Assembly (NCBI GenBank): GCA_034520965.1
Contig: JAXHMY010000003.1
Coordinates: forward strand, 224,001 to 288,000
Source of the DNA: Spirochaetia bacterium
Lineage (GTDB): Bacteria > Spirochaetota > Spirochaetia > DSM-16054 > Sediminispirochaetaceae
Length of the DNA stretch: 64,000 bases
Direction of reading: 5' to 3'
Shown: positions 20,058 to 29,037 of the stretch, one piece after another
Position numbering within the stretch: the first letter of the stretch is position 1
Layout of the letters: the number at the start of each line of letters is the position of its first letter
The notes under the pieces: generated by a model
Told to the model about the DNA's origin: nothing
The model's database searches: none
The model's input: the letters and a program-made list of their open reading frames with translations, nothing else
Made by a program: the position numbers and the translations under genes

Positions 20058-20504
20058 ATGGGACACTGGGTACATTACGAGGACGATATTTTCTTTCTGA
20101 ATGAGAAAATCCGCCTATTGGCGCGCGATCTCAAGCTTCATCTTGATACCGCCTATTTTGCGGAGCACGTGCATCAAGAGCTGATATTTTTTGAGAATAT
20201 GCTCTCCCAATTCTACCGCTCTTTAACCGCAAACCAGGAAATCTTAGAGCGTCCGCGAAACCTCAGGTTTCTCAATAAAACCAAACGTTTGTACTGCAAC
20301 CTGCTGGATGGAATAACCTCCGGCCATACTGCCCCCCACCTTGACCTTTCCTCCCATTTTAATGAGTATAATAATGCACAAATTCAGCAGGAAGAGGAAA
20401 TCTTGAAAATCCGAAGGCTGCTAAATGAAATTATTATGCGGGAAGAACCGGAGGAACTGATCAGCTCTGAAGAGTACAAGTTTTTATTTGACGATCAACT
20501 CTAA
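20058..20504 (+). CDS. Hypothetical helical protein
   Basis: 148-aa ORF filling the gap, divergent from rpsF; no recognised motif. Confidence 0.6.
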   Translation: MGHWVHYEDDIFFLNEKIRLLARDLKLHLDTAYFAEHVHQELIFFENMLSQFYRSLTANQEILERPRNLRFLNKTKRLYCNLLDGITSGHTAPHLDLSSHFNEYNNAQIQQEEEILKIRRLLNEIIMREEPEELISSEEYKFLFDDQL

Positions 20505-20531
20505 GCAACAACACATAATGGGAGGCCCCCT

Positions 20532-22076
20532 TTGAATACCACTACTCTCAATCCACCTATCGAGGAAGAGTTCGGGCGCACACATATCAACCGCTCTCTT
20601 ACTCTCACTATTCTTGACCGCTTTAACAGAGGAGAGTTTGATCACTTTAAACCGATTCAAGTAGAAAGCCTGCCTCGAGTAGACGGCCGGCAGATCATCG
20701 ATATGACCAAGCCGGCTGAATACAAAACCAATTTAGAGGATTACCGAAAAACTATAGGTGAATTACTCCCCGAGGTTTCCGTTCATACATATGGTACCTC
20801 CGAGGCAGGTCGTATACATTTGACTTCTCAAGATCTATATGAGATTGGAATGCAGCTGATGCCCAAGGTTGCCTACGGAATTCTTAACGGGGGTTCGGCT
20901 ACCAGCTACGTTGACGAGAAGAAAAACCGTTCTTTTTCAAACACACTTTTTCATATTACAGCCCCGGTATTTAAGAAGGCCTCCACAGTTTCGCGGGATA
21001 AACCAAAAGGAATTACCCCCGCCTTTATCAACCCGGATGGAACACCCGGGCCAAGCTTCCTTGAATTAAAAATCAGAGCCCTGCTTATCCAGTCGCTGCG
21101 TTATCGCCGTCAATTTGCAGCAGATAGAAATATACAGGGTATTCTCCCCATTTTTCAAATGACCAGCATCTATACGGATTCAAAGGTTACTGAGGCCCTG
21201 CAGGAGTACCGGAGCAGCCCCTATATTGAAACTCTTCTCAATGACCTGAACCCTGCAACTCTCCACCCGTATACCGCCGTCCAACCGCTGATAGCGGCAT
21301 ATACCCACAGCTCGGAGGGACGTCCTAAGGGCTTGTTCACAGAGGCCTGGGGTAAGCCGAACAGCCTGCTGCCGCTTCCCGGCGGACATGGACAGAACTT
21401 TTCAGTTCTCGCACACATTTACCGTGATCTGTACGCCCAGGGTTACAGGTACGCTTATTTGGGAAATATAGATAATCTCGGCAATACCGTTGACCCAACA
21501 AGTATCGCCCTGTTGGCCCTCAGCGGAAAACAGGGTGCCTTTGAGTTCTCCTTTAAAACGCCTGTTGATGTGAAGGGGGGAATACTGGTTAGAAATGAAG
21601 CTGGCAGATTGAATGCCGCCGATATAGGGCCGGCTATATCAGAAGAAGAGCTCCAGCAGGCGGAACAGTCCGGGGCCCCCATTCTGTTTAACTGTGCAAG
21701 CGGAATTTTCGACCTGAAGTATCTGGACGAGCAGCTTGAATATATTTCTACAGAACTCCCTACCCGCTTCTCGGATCAGGACAAGGACGCCGGCCGTTAC
21801 TCCCAGGCCGAACAAATTACCTGGGAAATAATCGGTATGATGGATCGACCGTTGATTTTTGGAGTTCACAAATACGACCGCTTTCTCGCATCGAAATTAC
21901 TAATAGAAAACCTGATGACCAGCGGTATTGGTTTAGACGATCCGGCATACCCACCGGAACTTCATCCCATTGCGAGTAATTTACATAATGGGCTCAAACG
22001 AGCATTGGAAGGGCCCTACGGACTAAAACTTGATCAAAACCGCTGGCTTCCCAAAGCACCGGAGGAGATAGTATGA
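20532..22076 (+). CDS. UTP--glucose-1-phosphate uridylyltransferase-like (UDPGP family nucleotide-sugar pyrophosphorylase)
   Basis: [37 protein letters not shown] motifs; SD GGGAGG before TTG. Confidence 0.8.
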   Translation: MNTTTLNPPIEEEFGRTHINRSLTLTILDRFNRGEFDHFKPIQVESLPRVDGRQIIDMTKPAEYKTNLEDYRKTIGELLPEVSVHTYGTSEAGRIHLTSQDLYEIGMQLMPKVAYGILNGGSATSYVDEKKNRSFSNTLFHITAPVFKKASTVSRDKPKGITPAFINPDGTPGPSFLELKIRALLIQSLRYRRQFAADRNIQGILPIFQMTSIYTDSKVTEALQEYRSSPYIETLLNDLNPATLHPYTAVQPLIAAYTHSSEGRPKGLFTEAWGKPNSLLPLPGGHGQNFSVLAHIYRDLYAQGYRYAYLGNIDNLGNTVDPTSIALLALSGKQGAFEFSFKTPVDVKGGILVRNEAGRLNAADIGPAISEEELQQAEQSGAPILFNCASGIFDLKYLDEQLEYISTELPTRFSDQDKDAGRYSQAEQITWEIIGMMDRPLIFGVHKYDRFLASKLLIENLMTSGIGLDDPAYPPELHPIASNLHNGLKRALEGPYGLKLDQNRWLPKAPEEIV

Positions 22077-22423
22077 ACCCCGAAACAGAACATGAGAACT
22101 TCCTTGAGAGTGTAGATTTTTCTAAGCTGAACGGGCTGGTTCCCGTGGTAACCCAGGATGCCGAGAACGGTGAGGTTTTGATGCTGGCCTTTGCCGACTA
22201 TGAAGCGGTAAAGGCTACGCTGGAAACCGGCTACGCCCATTACCACAGCCGCAGCCGCAGCAGTCTTTGGAAAAAAGGGGCGACCTCTGGTCACCTTCAA
22301 AAGATAGTTGAAATTCGAATAGATTGCGATGACGATACCTTACTGTACAGGGTGCAACAGACCGGGCCGGCCTGTCACACCGGAAATCGCAGCTGCTTCT
22401 ATCGCTCTGTATATCGACCTTAA
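22073..22423 (+). CDS. hisI: Phosphoribosyl-AMP cyclohydrolase
   Basis: [39 protein letters not shown]. Confidence 0.95.
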   Translation: MNPETEHENFLESVDFSKLNGLVPVVTQDAENGEVLMLAFADYEAVKATLETGYAHYHSRSRSSLWKKGATSGHLQKIVEIRIDCDDDTLLYRVQQTGPACHTGNRSCFYRSVYRP

Positions 22424-22453
22424 TACCGCTCTGTATATCGTTCTAAAAACATC

Positions 22454-24397
22454 CTAAGAGACAGCAGGCTTGACGATACTAAAGGAGCTTGATATTTGTT
22501 GTTTTAAGGTTTTGGCAATTGAGACTCGGTCTAGCTTGCATTCTTCAATTAACTGCCCTCGACTTGCCTGGGGCAGAAATTTATCGGGGACTCCCGACCA
22601 CCGAAACTGAACCGGCAAGCCCTTACGTAGCAGCATACCGGCAACATACTCACCAATACCGCCCATTACAGCCCCGTCTTCTACCATATACACCTGGGAG
22701 TATCTCGAAATAATTTCCGTCAGATACTCCTCGTCAATTGGCTTTATAAAACGAAGGTTGTACAGATCGACCCCTATTCCGTTCTCCGCACTAATCCGCA
22801 CAGCTTCCTGGGCTTCCTGGAACAGTCCTCCAACCGATATCAACAGGGCATCTGCTCCGTTCTGTTGAGCCATCACTCCGCGACCGAGGGTGATCTCTGT
22901 ATTCAAAAGACCCCGTGTATCGGGGCATGCGGACTTTGGATAGCGCAGCATTGCCGGTGCGTCCCGCTGAAGGGCCCAATCCAGCATCATATCAACCTCA
23001 TTCGCATCACCCGGAGCCAGAAATGTAAGCCCCGGTACACTACGAAAGAGGGGTATATCGTAGAGCCCCTGGTGGGTCTCTCCATCACCTCCTACCAAAC
23101 CGGATCGGTCCATTGCAAACACAACCGGTAAACCAGGTAGTGCTACATCGTGGATCACCTGATCCACCGCCCGCTGCATAAAGGTAGAATAGATAGCGGT
23201 AACCGGTTTTAGTCCGGAAATAGCCATTCCGGCCGAATAGGTAACCGCATGCTGTTCAGCAATTCCCACATCATAAAAGCGATCGGGAAAATGTTCTTTA
23301 AAATAGGATAAGCCGGTACCATCCGCCATGGCGGCGGTTACACCTACAATCCGCTCGTCCTTATCCGCCTGTTTTGTCAGGCTTCCGGCCAGGGCTTCGG
23401 TAAAGCTGACAGAAGGCTTTTTCTCCAGTTTCCCATCGGCCTGAGTAAGGGGAGAGACGCCATGATAGCGGGAGGGATAGCTTTCGGCTAACTCGTACCC
23501 CTTCCCTTTTTGAGTTACCACGTGCAGTAATACCGGCTTTTTAAGCCGTCGCGCATTTTTGAGCGCCTGCCCAAGCCGTGAAAATGAGTGACCGTCAACC
23601 GGTCCAATATACTCAAAACCCAATTCACTAAAAAGAGTCTCCCCCAGAAAGGCCGCTTTGACCGCTCGCTTGAAACGAACAAACAGTTCATACAGCTTGT
23701 AGCCTAAAATGGGAATTCCCTGAATTCCGCGGTCCAGTTTCTCACGCATGTACTGATAGGCGGGTGTTGTAGTGAGTTGACTCACATAGTTAGATAGCTT
23801 GCTCAGGTTTGAGTTCAGAGAAAGTCCGCCGACATTCGGACTGATGGACATATTGTTATCATTAAAAATTATTATAAGATCTTTGCCGAGGTGACCCGCG
23901 TAATTCAAGCCCTCATAGGCCATCCCTCCGGTCAGGGCTCCATCGCCCACCACCACAATAACCTTACCGTCGTCATGGAGCACACGTTTTCCTTCAAGTG
24001 CCCCTATACCGGCGGATATCGAGGTTGAAGCGTGCCCGGTCTCCAGCAAATCGTGAATGCTTTCAGTCCGCTTCGGAAAACCTGAGAGCCCCCCTTGCTG
24101 CCTGATAGTAGAAAACTTATCATTACGCCCGGTAAGCAGCTTATGGGTATAACATTGATGGCCCACATCCCAGAAGAACATATCATGGGGAGAGTTGAAT
24201 TCTCTGTGCATAGCAATAGTTAGTTCAACCACGCCGAGGTTCGAGGCCAAATGCCCGCCGTTTTCCAACACTACACTGATTATGCGCTTACGTATTTGCT
24301 GCGCTAATTGAGGTAGCCTATCTCTGTCCAGCAGTTTCAATTCTTCCGGCGAGCTCACAAAAGACAAAAGGTCTTCTTTGTTTTCATTTATATCCAT
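22454..24397 (-). CDS. dxs: 1-deoxy-D-xylulose-5-phosphate synthase
   Basis: GGHLASNLGVVEL, WDVGHQCY, GDGALTGG, DVGIAEQHAV, GETHQG. Start placed at MDINENK. Confidence 0.97.
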   Translation of the reverse strand: MDINENKEDLLSFVSSPEELKLLDRDRLPQLAQQIRKRIISVVLENGGHLASNLGVVELTIAMHREFNSPHDMFFWDVGHQCYTHKLLTGRNDKFSTIRQQGGLSGFPKRTESIHDLLETGHASTSISAGIGALEGKRVLHDDGKVIVVVGDGALTGGMAYEGLNYAGHLGKDLIIIFNDNNMSISPNVGGLSLNSNLSKLSNYVSQLTTTPAYQYMREKLDRGIQGIPILGYKLYELFVRFKRAVKAAFLGETLFSELGFEYIGPVDGHSFSRLGQALKNARRLKKPVLLHVVTQKGKGYELAESYPSRYHGVSPLTQADGKLEKKPSVSFTEALAGSLTKQADKDERIVGVTAAMADGTGLSYFKEHFPDRFYDVGIAEQHAVTYSAGMAISGLKPVTAIYSTFMQRAVDQVIHDVALPGLPVVFAMDRSGLVGGDGETHQGLYDIPLFRSVPGLTFLAPGDANEVDMMLDWALQRDAPAMLRYPKSACPDTRGLLNTEITLGRGVMAQQNGADALLISVGGLFQEAQEAVRISAENGIGVDLYNLRFIKPIDEEYLTEIISRYSQVYMVEDGAVMGGIGEYVAGMLLRKGLPVQFRWSGVPDKFLPQASRGQLIEECKLDRVSIAKTLKQQISSSFSIVKPAVS

Positions 24398-24531
24398 AAG
24401 AACATCCTTAATAAAGTTTCGTATACCGCTGTGCGGCAACCGAAACAATGAAAATTGCTTTCAGCAATTTTCTTATTAGTACCAATTAAATATAAGGCAT
24501 TATTTTCAAAAATCAATTTGTATAGAAAAAA

Positions 24532-25332
24532 TTATTCCGTTGGTCTAAAAAGAGTAGAGATGAACCTATTGAAAAACTGCAGCAACAGTTCCTGCTGTTT
24601 TTCTGGGGTAAGCGATAAGGTTGAGCCGGCCGTGGCTGTATTTGACTGTTCTTCTGCAGACTGCTGTTCAAGTGTCTGTTCTAGGTTGTCCGCCTCGGGT
24701 GTTGCCGTGGCGAGAGGGGCAGGAGGTTCAGCAGGCTCCGGTTCAGACCGGTTTATATCTTCGACTGTCAAAAACTCCGAGGGCTCCAAGCCGGGGCTGG
24801 TATATTCCAGAACCGCATTGTAAAGGTCTTCGAATTGCAAGACTCCCTGTGAATTTACCGACTCTGCACTCGCCAACCCGCTTATCCGTACAGTTTCAGT
24901 ATTTCCATTTATGGTAACGCTTCGCTGACCTTCAATATTCAACAAACCGTTCTGATCGCGCTCCACTATTCGCACAGGTATTTTAGTTTCAAGTGCATAG
25001 GTACTATCTTCTTCAACCTCGCGCACCGTACTCGAGGAACCTTCCGGTAGAAAAGAGAAGAGAGCCTTCCCTTCTCCTCCGGTAAAACTGAGTTTTCCTT
25101 CCTGTGAATCTACATGGGATGCGCTAAGGGTGAGAGTAGTAGTAGAGTTTATGCCGACAGCAATAATATCGCCGACCTTTAAGGCAGCTCCATCGGCTAT
25201 GTAACCCTTAAAATTTTGGTCCCATAAAGTTTCCCCGTAAAGGGTGAAAGACAGAAATAACAGTGCCGCTGCAAATGCGGCACTTTTTAATGAATACTTA
25301 TATTCCCTGCCTGTACTTATGGGAAACCTCAT
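24532..25332 (-). CDS. FlgH (flagellar L-ring)-like exported protein
   Basis: LW...ALKVGDIIAVGI, IPVRIVERDQNGLLNIEGQRSVTING.TETVRISGL...LYNAVLEY follow the FlgH pattern. The signal peptide has no Cys. Confidence 0.7.
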   Translation of the reverse strand: MRFPISTGREYKYSLKSAAFAAALLFLSFTLYGETLWDQNFKGYIADGAALKVGDIIAVGINSTTTLTLSASHVDSQEGKLSFTGGEGKALFSFLPEGSSSTVREVEEDSTYALETKIPVRIVERDQNGLLNIEGQRSVTINGNTETVRISGLASAESVNSQGVLQFEDLYNAVLEYTSPGLEPSEFLTVEDINRSEPEPAEPPAPLATATPEADNLEQTLEQQSAEEQSNTATAGSTLSLTPEKQQELLLQFFNRFISTLFRPTE

Positions 25333-25333
25333 A

Positions 25334-25423
25334 CTATTTCTTCTTGTGTCGATTTTTCCTTAGCTTTTTCTTACGTTTGTGTGTAGCAATTTTATGGCGT
25401 TTCTTCTTTTTTCCGCAAGGCAC
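25334..25423 (-). CDS. Small basic ribosomal protein bS22 (AURKAIP1/COX24-like), 29 aa; not in ORF track
   Basis: GTG start after SD AGGAG; translation MPCGKKKKRHKIATHKRKKKLRKNRHKKK*. Confidence 0.88.
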   Translation of the reverse strand: MPCGKKKKRHKIATHKRKKKLRKNRHKKK

Positions 25424-25626
25424 AGCAGATCTCCTTCTGTTTCAAGGCGTTTTTATCAGTTTACAACTGGATATTACATCATTAGTACGCAACTATGCGT
25501 AATACGAGTATGCCCTGTTTTAGCCTCTTAAGTCAAGTAGGTACAGCAATTCCAACGTATGCACCTTCCGCGCAACCACATTTATAGTGCTTGAGCTTGA
25601 ATATCAACAATAGTATAGTAGTATTA

Positions 25627-26583
25627 ATGAAAAAGCAGAGGAATGAAATCCAGCTGTACTCGACCGATGATAAAATTAACCGTATCATCAATCAGGAACA
25701 CCTATCTCAAAAGAACCAGTTCTCTCTGCACTTTACCTCAAATGAAGATTTTTTCATAAAGTTACCCCAGCCTATCCAGTTTCCGGGCTTTCCGATTCAC
25801 CATAACATTTCAGAAACAACCCCTTCAGCAGTTTACAAACAGGCATTAGAGACCTTTATGCAGACTGCGGTTGCACAAACCCCCCAAATATTCAACGGTC
25901 TTACCTATTTCTTTGATCCTTCGGATATCCATCGGCCTGGTTTCTTTCATCTTTACCGTGTAAAGGACCAACTATTTCTATATCTGCTGAGAGTGGATCT
26001 AAATTTTCGCACCCATTACGGAGAGATCATAAGCAAGGGCGGGAACGATTCAACCCACACTTACCGAAGCAGTGCGCTCTTCCTGGAAAACGACATCATT
26101 CCGCTGTCTTCTTTGGGAGAAGCAGAACATCGGGTACACTCGTTCTTTATTGAACAACACCTCTCGGACACCTGGATTGGTGAATACGGAAAAGGCTATT
26201 TCGTTCAGGGTATCTGGATTGACAGGGAACTTACAAAGTTTTTTTCAAAGCTTTTCCTCCCTGAGCACAAACGAACCTATCCCTATTATCCCTTTCCCTG
26301 CAAATACCAGACTATTTGCCATTCCGTACTCGACTTTTCACCGGAGGGGCGGACAAAACACCTGAAGTTGCTGTACCAGGCGCGAGCCTTCCTGCAGCCC
26401 CATTTCGAGGACATTCAGCAGACCCTCACACAAAATGATTTTTCCGAGGAACTGCCCCTGTTTCGAAAGCTCAAACAGAAAATTTCAAACCGTTGGCAAG
26501 ACGTATGGACCCCCCTTAAAATCAGTACCTACTTGAATGAGCAGGATATGAAGGAGTTTCAGATTGATTTCTACCCTGAATGA
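25627..26583 (+). CDS. Hypothetical protein
   Basis: 318-aa ORF from ATG 25627, overlapping the murD start; no recognised family. Confidence 0.65.
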   Translation: MKKQRNEIQLYSTDDKINRIINQEHLSQKNQFSLHFTSNEDFFIKLPQPIQFPGFPIHHNISETTPSAVYKQALETFMQTAVAQTPQIFNGLTYFFDPSDIHRPGFFHLYRVKDQLFLYLLRVDLNFRTHYGEIISKGGNDSTHTYRSSALFLENDIIPLSSLGEAEHRVHSFFIEQHLSDTWIGEYGKGYFVQGIWIDRELTKFFSKLFLPEHKRTYPYYPFPCKYQTICHSVLDFSPEGRTKHLKLLYQARAFLQPHFEDIQQTLTQNDFSEELPLFRKLKQKISNRWQDVWTPLKISTYLNEQDMKEFQIDFYPE

Positions 26584-27961
26584 TATTCACGGTTTAAAAA
26601 CAACCATTATGGGCCTAGGTTTGCACGGTGGAGGCATTGCCTCCGCCCGTTTTTTTGCAGAACACGGGGCCCATGTTACGGTAACAGACCTGCGGGATGA
26701 ACAAACCCTCTCACCCAGCCTGGAAAAGCTTGCGGATCTTCCAATAAGGTACATCCTGGGGCGGCATGAGAATGAAGATTTCACAACGGCCGACCTGGTG
26801 ATAAAAAACCCCGCGGTACCCCGTAAATCCAAGTATCTGCAGCTCGCCCGTCAGGTCGAAACAGATATATCCGTTTTTTTACGATTGAACAAGCGGCCCC
26901 TAATTGCCGTTACCGGAAGCAAGGGAAAATCTACCACCGTGTCGGCCCTGCATCAAATAATGAAAGCAGCCGACCCTCGGGTACTTCTGGGCGGTAATAT
27001 TACCGTCTCGCCGCTTACCTTTCTCGAGGAGTGTCTCTCCCCCTCGATCAGTCCGGTTATCCTTGAACTCTCTTCGTGGCAGCTGGCCGACATCCAGCCC
27101 ATTACACTGCTGCAGCCCCGCATAGCCGTAATAACTAACATTTTGGCCGACCATCAGAACAGTTACGAGAATATGCAGGAGTACGCCGCGGATAAAGCCC
27201 GGATTTTCGCTGGTCAGGACGCACAATCCCCCAGTATCTGCTTTTTTGATGATTCCTATGGCCCGTGGTTTGCAGAGAACACGCCCGGACAGCCGATGTT
27301 TTATTCTGCAAAACCCCTGCCAGAAAAAATGGGAAACGGGGCTTTCCTGGAGGCAGGAAAGGGATATTACCGGGCTAATAATAAGCTGCATGAGATAATC
27401 CCGGAGCACGTAAACGTTGCCGGTGTACATAACCGCTTAAACTTGCTGGTGGCAGCTTTAATTGCTACTCTTCAGGGAGTGCCGACAAAAATAATCCACC
27501 GTGAAGGGGCAGCTTTTACCGGAATCGAGCATCGTATGGAGCTGGTGGGAGTAATAGGCGGGGTACGCTGGTACAACGACAGTGCAGCCACCATACCGGA
27601 TGCCACTGCAGCGGGGCTGCAAAGTTTAAAAGGCAAAATACATCTGATTGCCGGGGGAACCGATAAACAGCTCGACTTCTCACCGCTGAATGCAGCCTGG
27701 AGCCTCGCTGCATCAGTCCACCTTTTGAAGGGAAGTGCGAGTGATCATATGCAGAAAGCGTTAACGCAACAGCACGTGCCCTTCTCGGGCCCCTTCGACA
27801 ATCTGCGCAGTGCGGTTCTCTCTGCCCGCTCAGCAGCATCCCCCGGCGACGCAGTACTCTTCTCGCCCGGCAGCACCTCCTTCGGAATGTTCTTAAATGA
27901 GTTCGACCGCGGACGGGTTTTTAAAGCGCTGCTTGAGGAGTTGAAAGAGTTGAAGGAGTAA
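26564..27961 (+). CDS. murD: UDP-N-acetylmuramoyl-L-alanine--D-glutamate ligase
   Basis: MGLGLHGGG, AVTGSKGKSTT, LELSSWQL, EHRME, NDSAAT, LFSPG. Confidence 0.95.
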   Translation: MISTLNDIHGLKTTIMGLGLHGGGIASARFFAEHGAHVTVTDLRDEQTLSPSLEKLADLPIRYILGRHENEDFTTADLVIKNPAVPRKSKYLQLARQVETDISVFLRLNKRPLIAVTGSKGKSTTVSALHQIMKAADPRVLLGGNITVSPLTFLEECLSPSISPVILELSSWQLADIQPITLLQPRIAVITNILADHQNSYENMQEYAADKARIFAGQDAQSPSICFFDDSYGPWFAENTPGQPMFYSAKPLPEKMGNGAFLEAGKGYYRANNKLHEIIPEHVNVAGVHNRLNLLVAALIATLQGVPTKIIHREGAAFTGIEHRMELVGVIGGVRWYNDSAATIPDATAAGLQSLKGKIHLIAGGTDKQLDFSPLNAAWSLAASVHLLKGSASDHMQKALTQQHVPFSGPFDNLRSAVLSARSAASPGDAVLFSPGSTSFGMFLNEFDRGRVFKALLEELKELKE

Positions 27962-28017
27962 AGTGCTCAGGGTGAACTTGATCGGTGACGTAACCGGCGG
28001 GCTCGGCCGGCGCTTTT

Positions 28018-29028
28018 TTAGTTTCTTCGCTTTTTCATTTTTTTGTAGTAAAATTTCCGGGCTTTTTCAACCTGTCTAAACAGAGCGTACCTGACGGGCG
28101 TTATCGGCACGTCGTAGGTTCCAGGACGGTGAACTACCCGGCCGCCAAAACCGGTCTTAAACCGGTACAGTCCGTGCATGGGATGCTCGGGGTCATCGGC
28201 GGGGGGTATTCCGAACAGGTCGTATTCTGCACAGCCGGAGTTTTTGGCTAACCTGATCGCTTCCCACTGCACCGCGTAGGAGGCCATCAAATTGCGCTTA
28301 CGGTTAGAGGAAGCTCCGTACATATAGGTAGCCCTCCGACCGTAGATGCCGACAATGATACCGGCCAGCAGCTCCCCCTCATGACGGGCGCTGACCAAGT
28401 TCAGCTGCGGTCCCTCAGTGCCTTGCGCTTGGGATAGTTCTAATAAGCTGTGGTAGTAGTCGTAGCTGTGAATTTCAATCTGGTCCCGTTCGGCTGTTTC
28501 GCGGTAAAGTTCGTACCACTCCTGCAGAAACTCATCCGGTTCCAGCCTGGTTTCCACCCCTTTCCGTGCGGCCAGCCGAATATTGTAGCGCGTTTTGCGC
28601 TTCATAGCCTGCAGCAGCTGTTCCTCCTCAGCTTCAAGGGAGAGAACTACCGTGCTGGGAGGTTGAATATCCATGGCCGCCTTCTGGGCCTTGGGTATTC
28701 CCCACTCTGCTAAACGCAGCGGAAGCTCCCAGGCAATGTCGTAACGGACCGCCAGGGTGCCTGAAGGTAGATACTTCGGCAGTTCCCCCGCCAGCTCTCC
28801 CAGTAATGCTTGCCGCTCTGGAGCTAAGGTCGAGAGGGGATGCGGCACATAGGCCAGCGAAACTCCTCCGGGCAGCCTGCGAAGCAGGACCAGCAGTGGA
28901 TGTCCCTGTACGGAAAAGCTATGCGCCTGCCATCCAAAACGCGATTTGAAGTCCCCCCAGAAGGGGGATTGAAGAAAATTTGAGCCCTTTGGCAGGTTCT
29001 CGGATTCAACCGGTTGAATAACTCCCAT
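28018..29028 (-). CDS. femX: FemABX family lipid II aminoacyl (glycyl) transferase
   Basis: FLQSPFWG, KRKTRYNIRLA, YMYGASS, YDLFGI, GLYRFKTGFGG. Confidence 0.85.
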   Translation of the reverse strand: MGVIQPVESENLPKGSNFLQSPFWGDFKSRFGWQAHSFSVQGHPLLVLLRRLPGGVSLAYVPHPLSTLAPERQALLGELAGELPKYLPSGTLAVRYDIAWELPLRLAEWGIPKAQKAAMDIQPPSTVVLSLEAEEEQLLQAMKRKTRYNIRLAARKGVETRLEPDEFLQEWYELYRETAERDQIEIHSYDYYHSLLELSQAQGTEGPQLNLVSARHEGELLAGIIVGIYGRRATYMYGASSNRKRNLMASYAVQWEAIRLAKNSGCAEYDLFGIPPADDPEHPMHGLYRFKTGFGGRVVHRPGTYDVPITPVRYALFRQVEKARKFYYKKMKKRRN

Positions 29029-29037
29029 TAAATCGTA

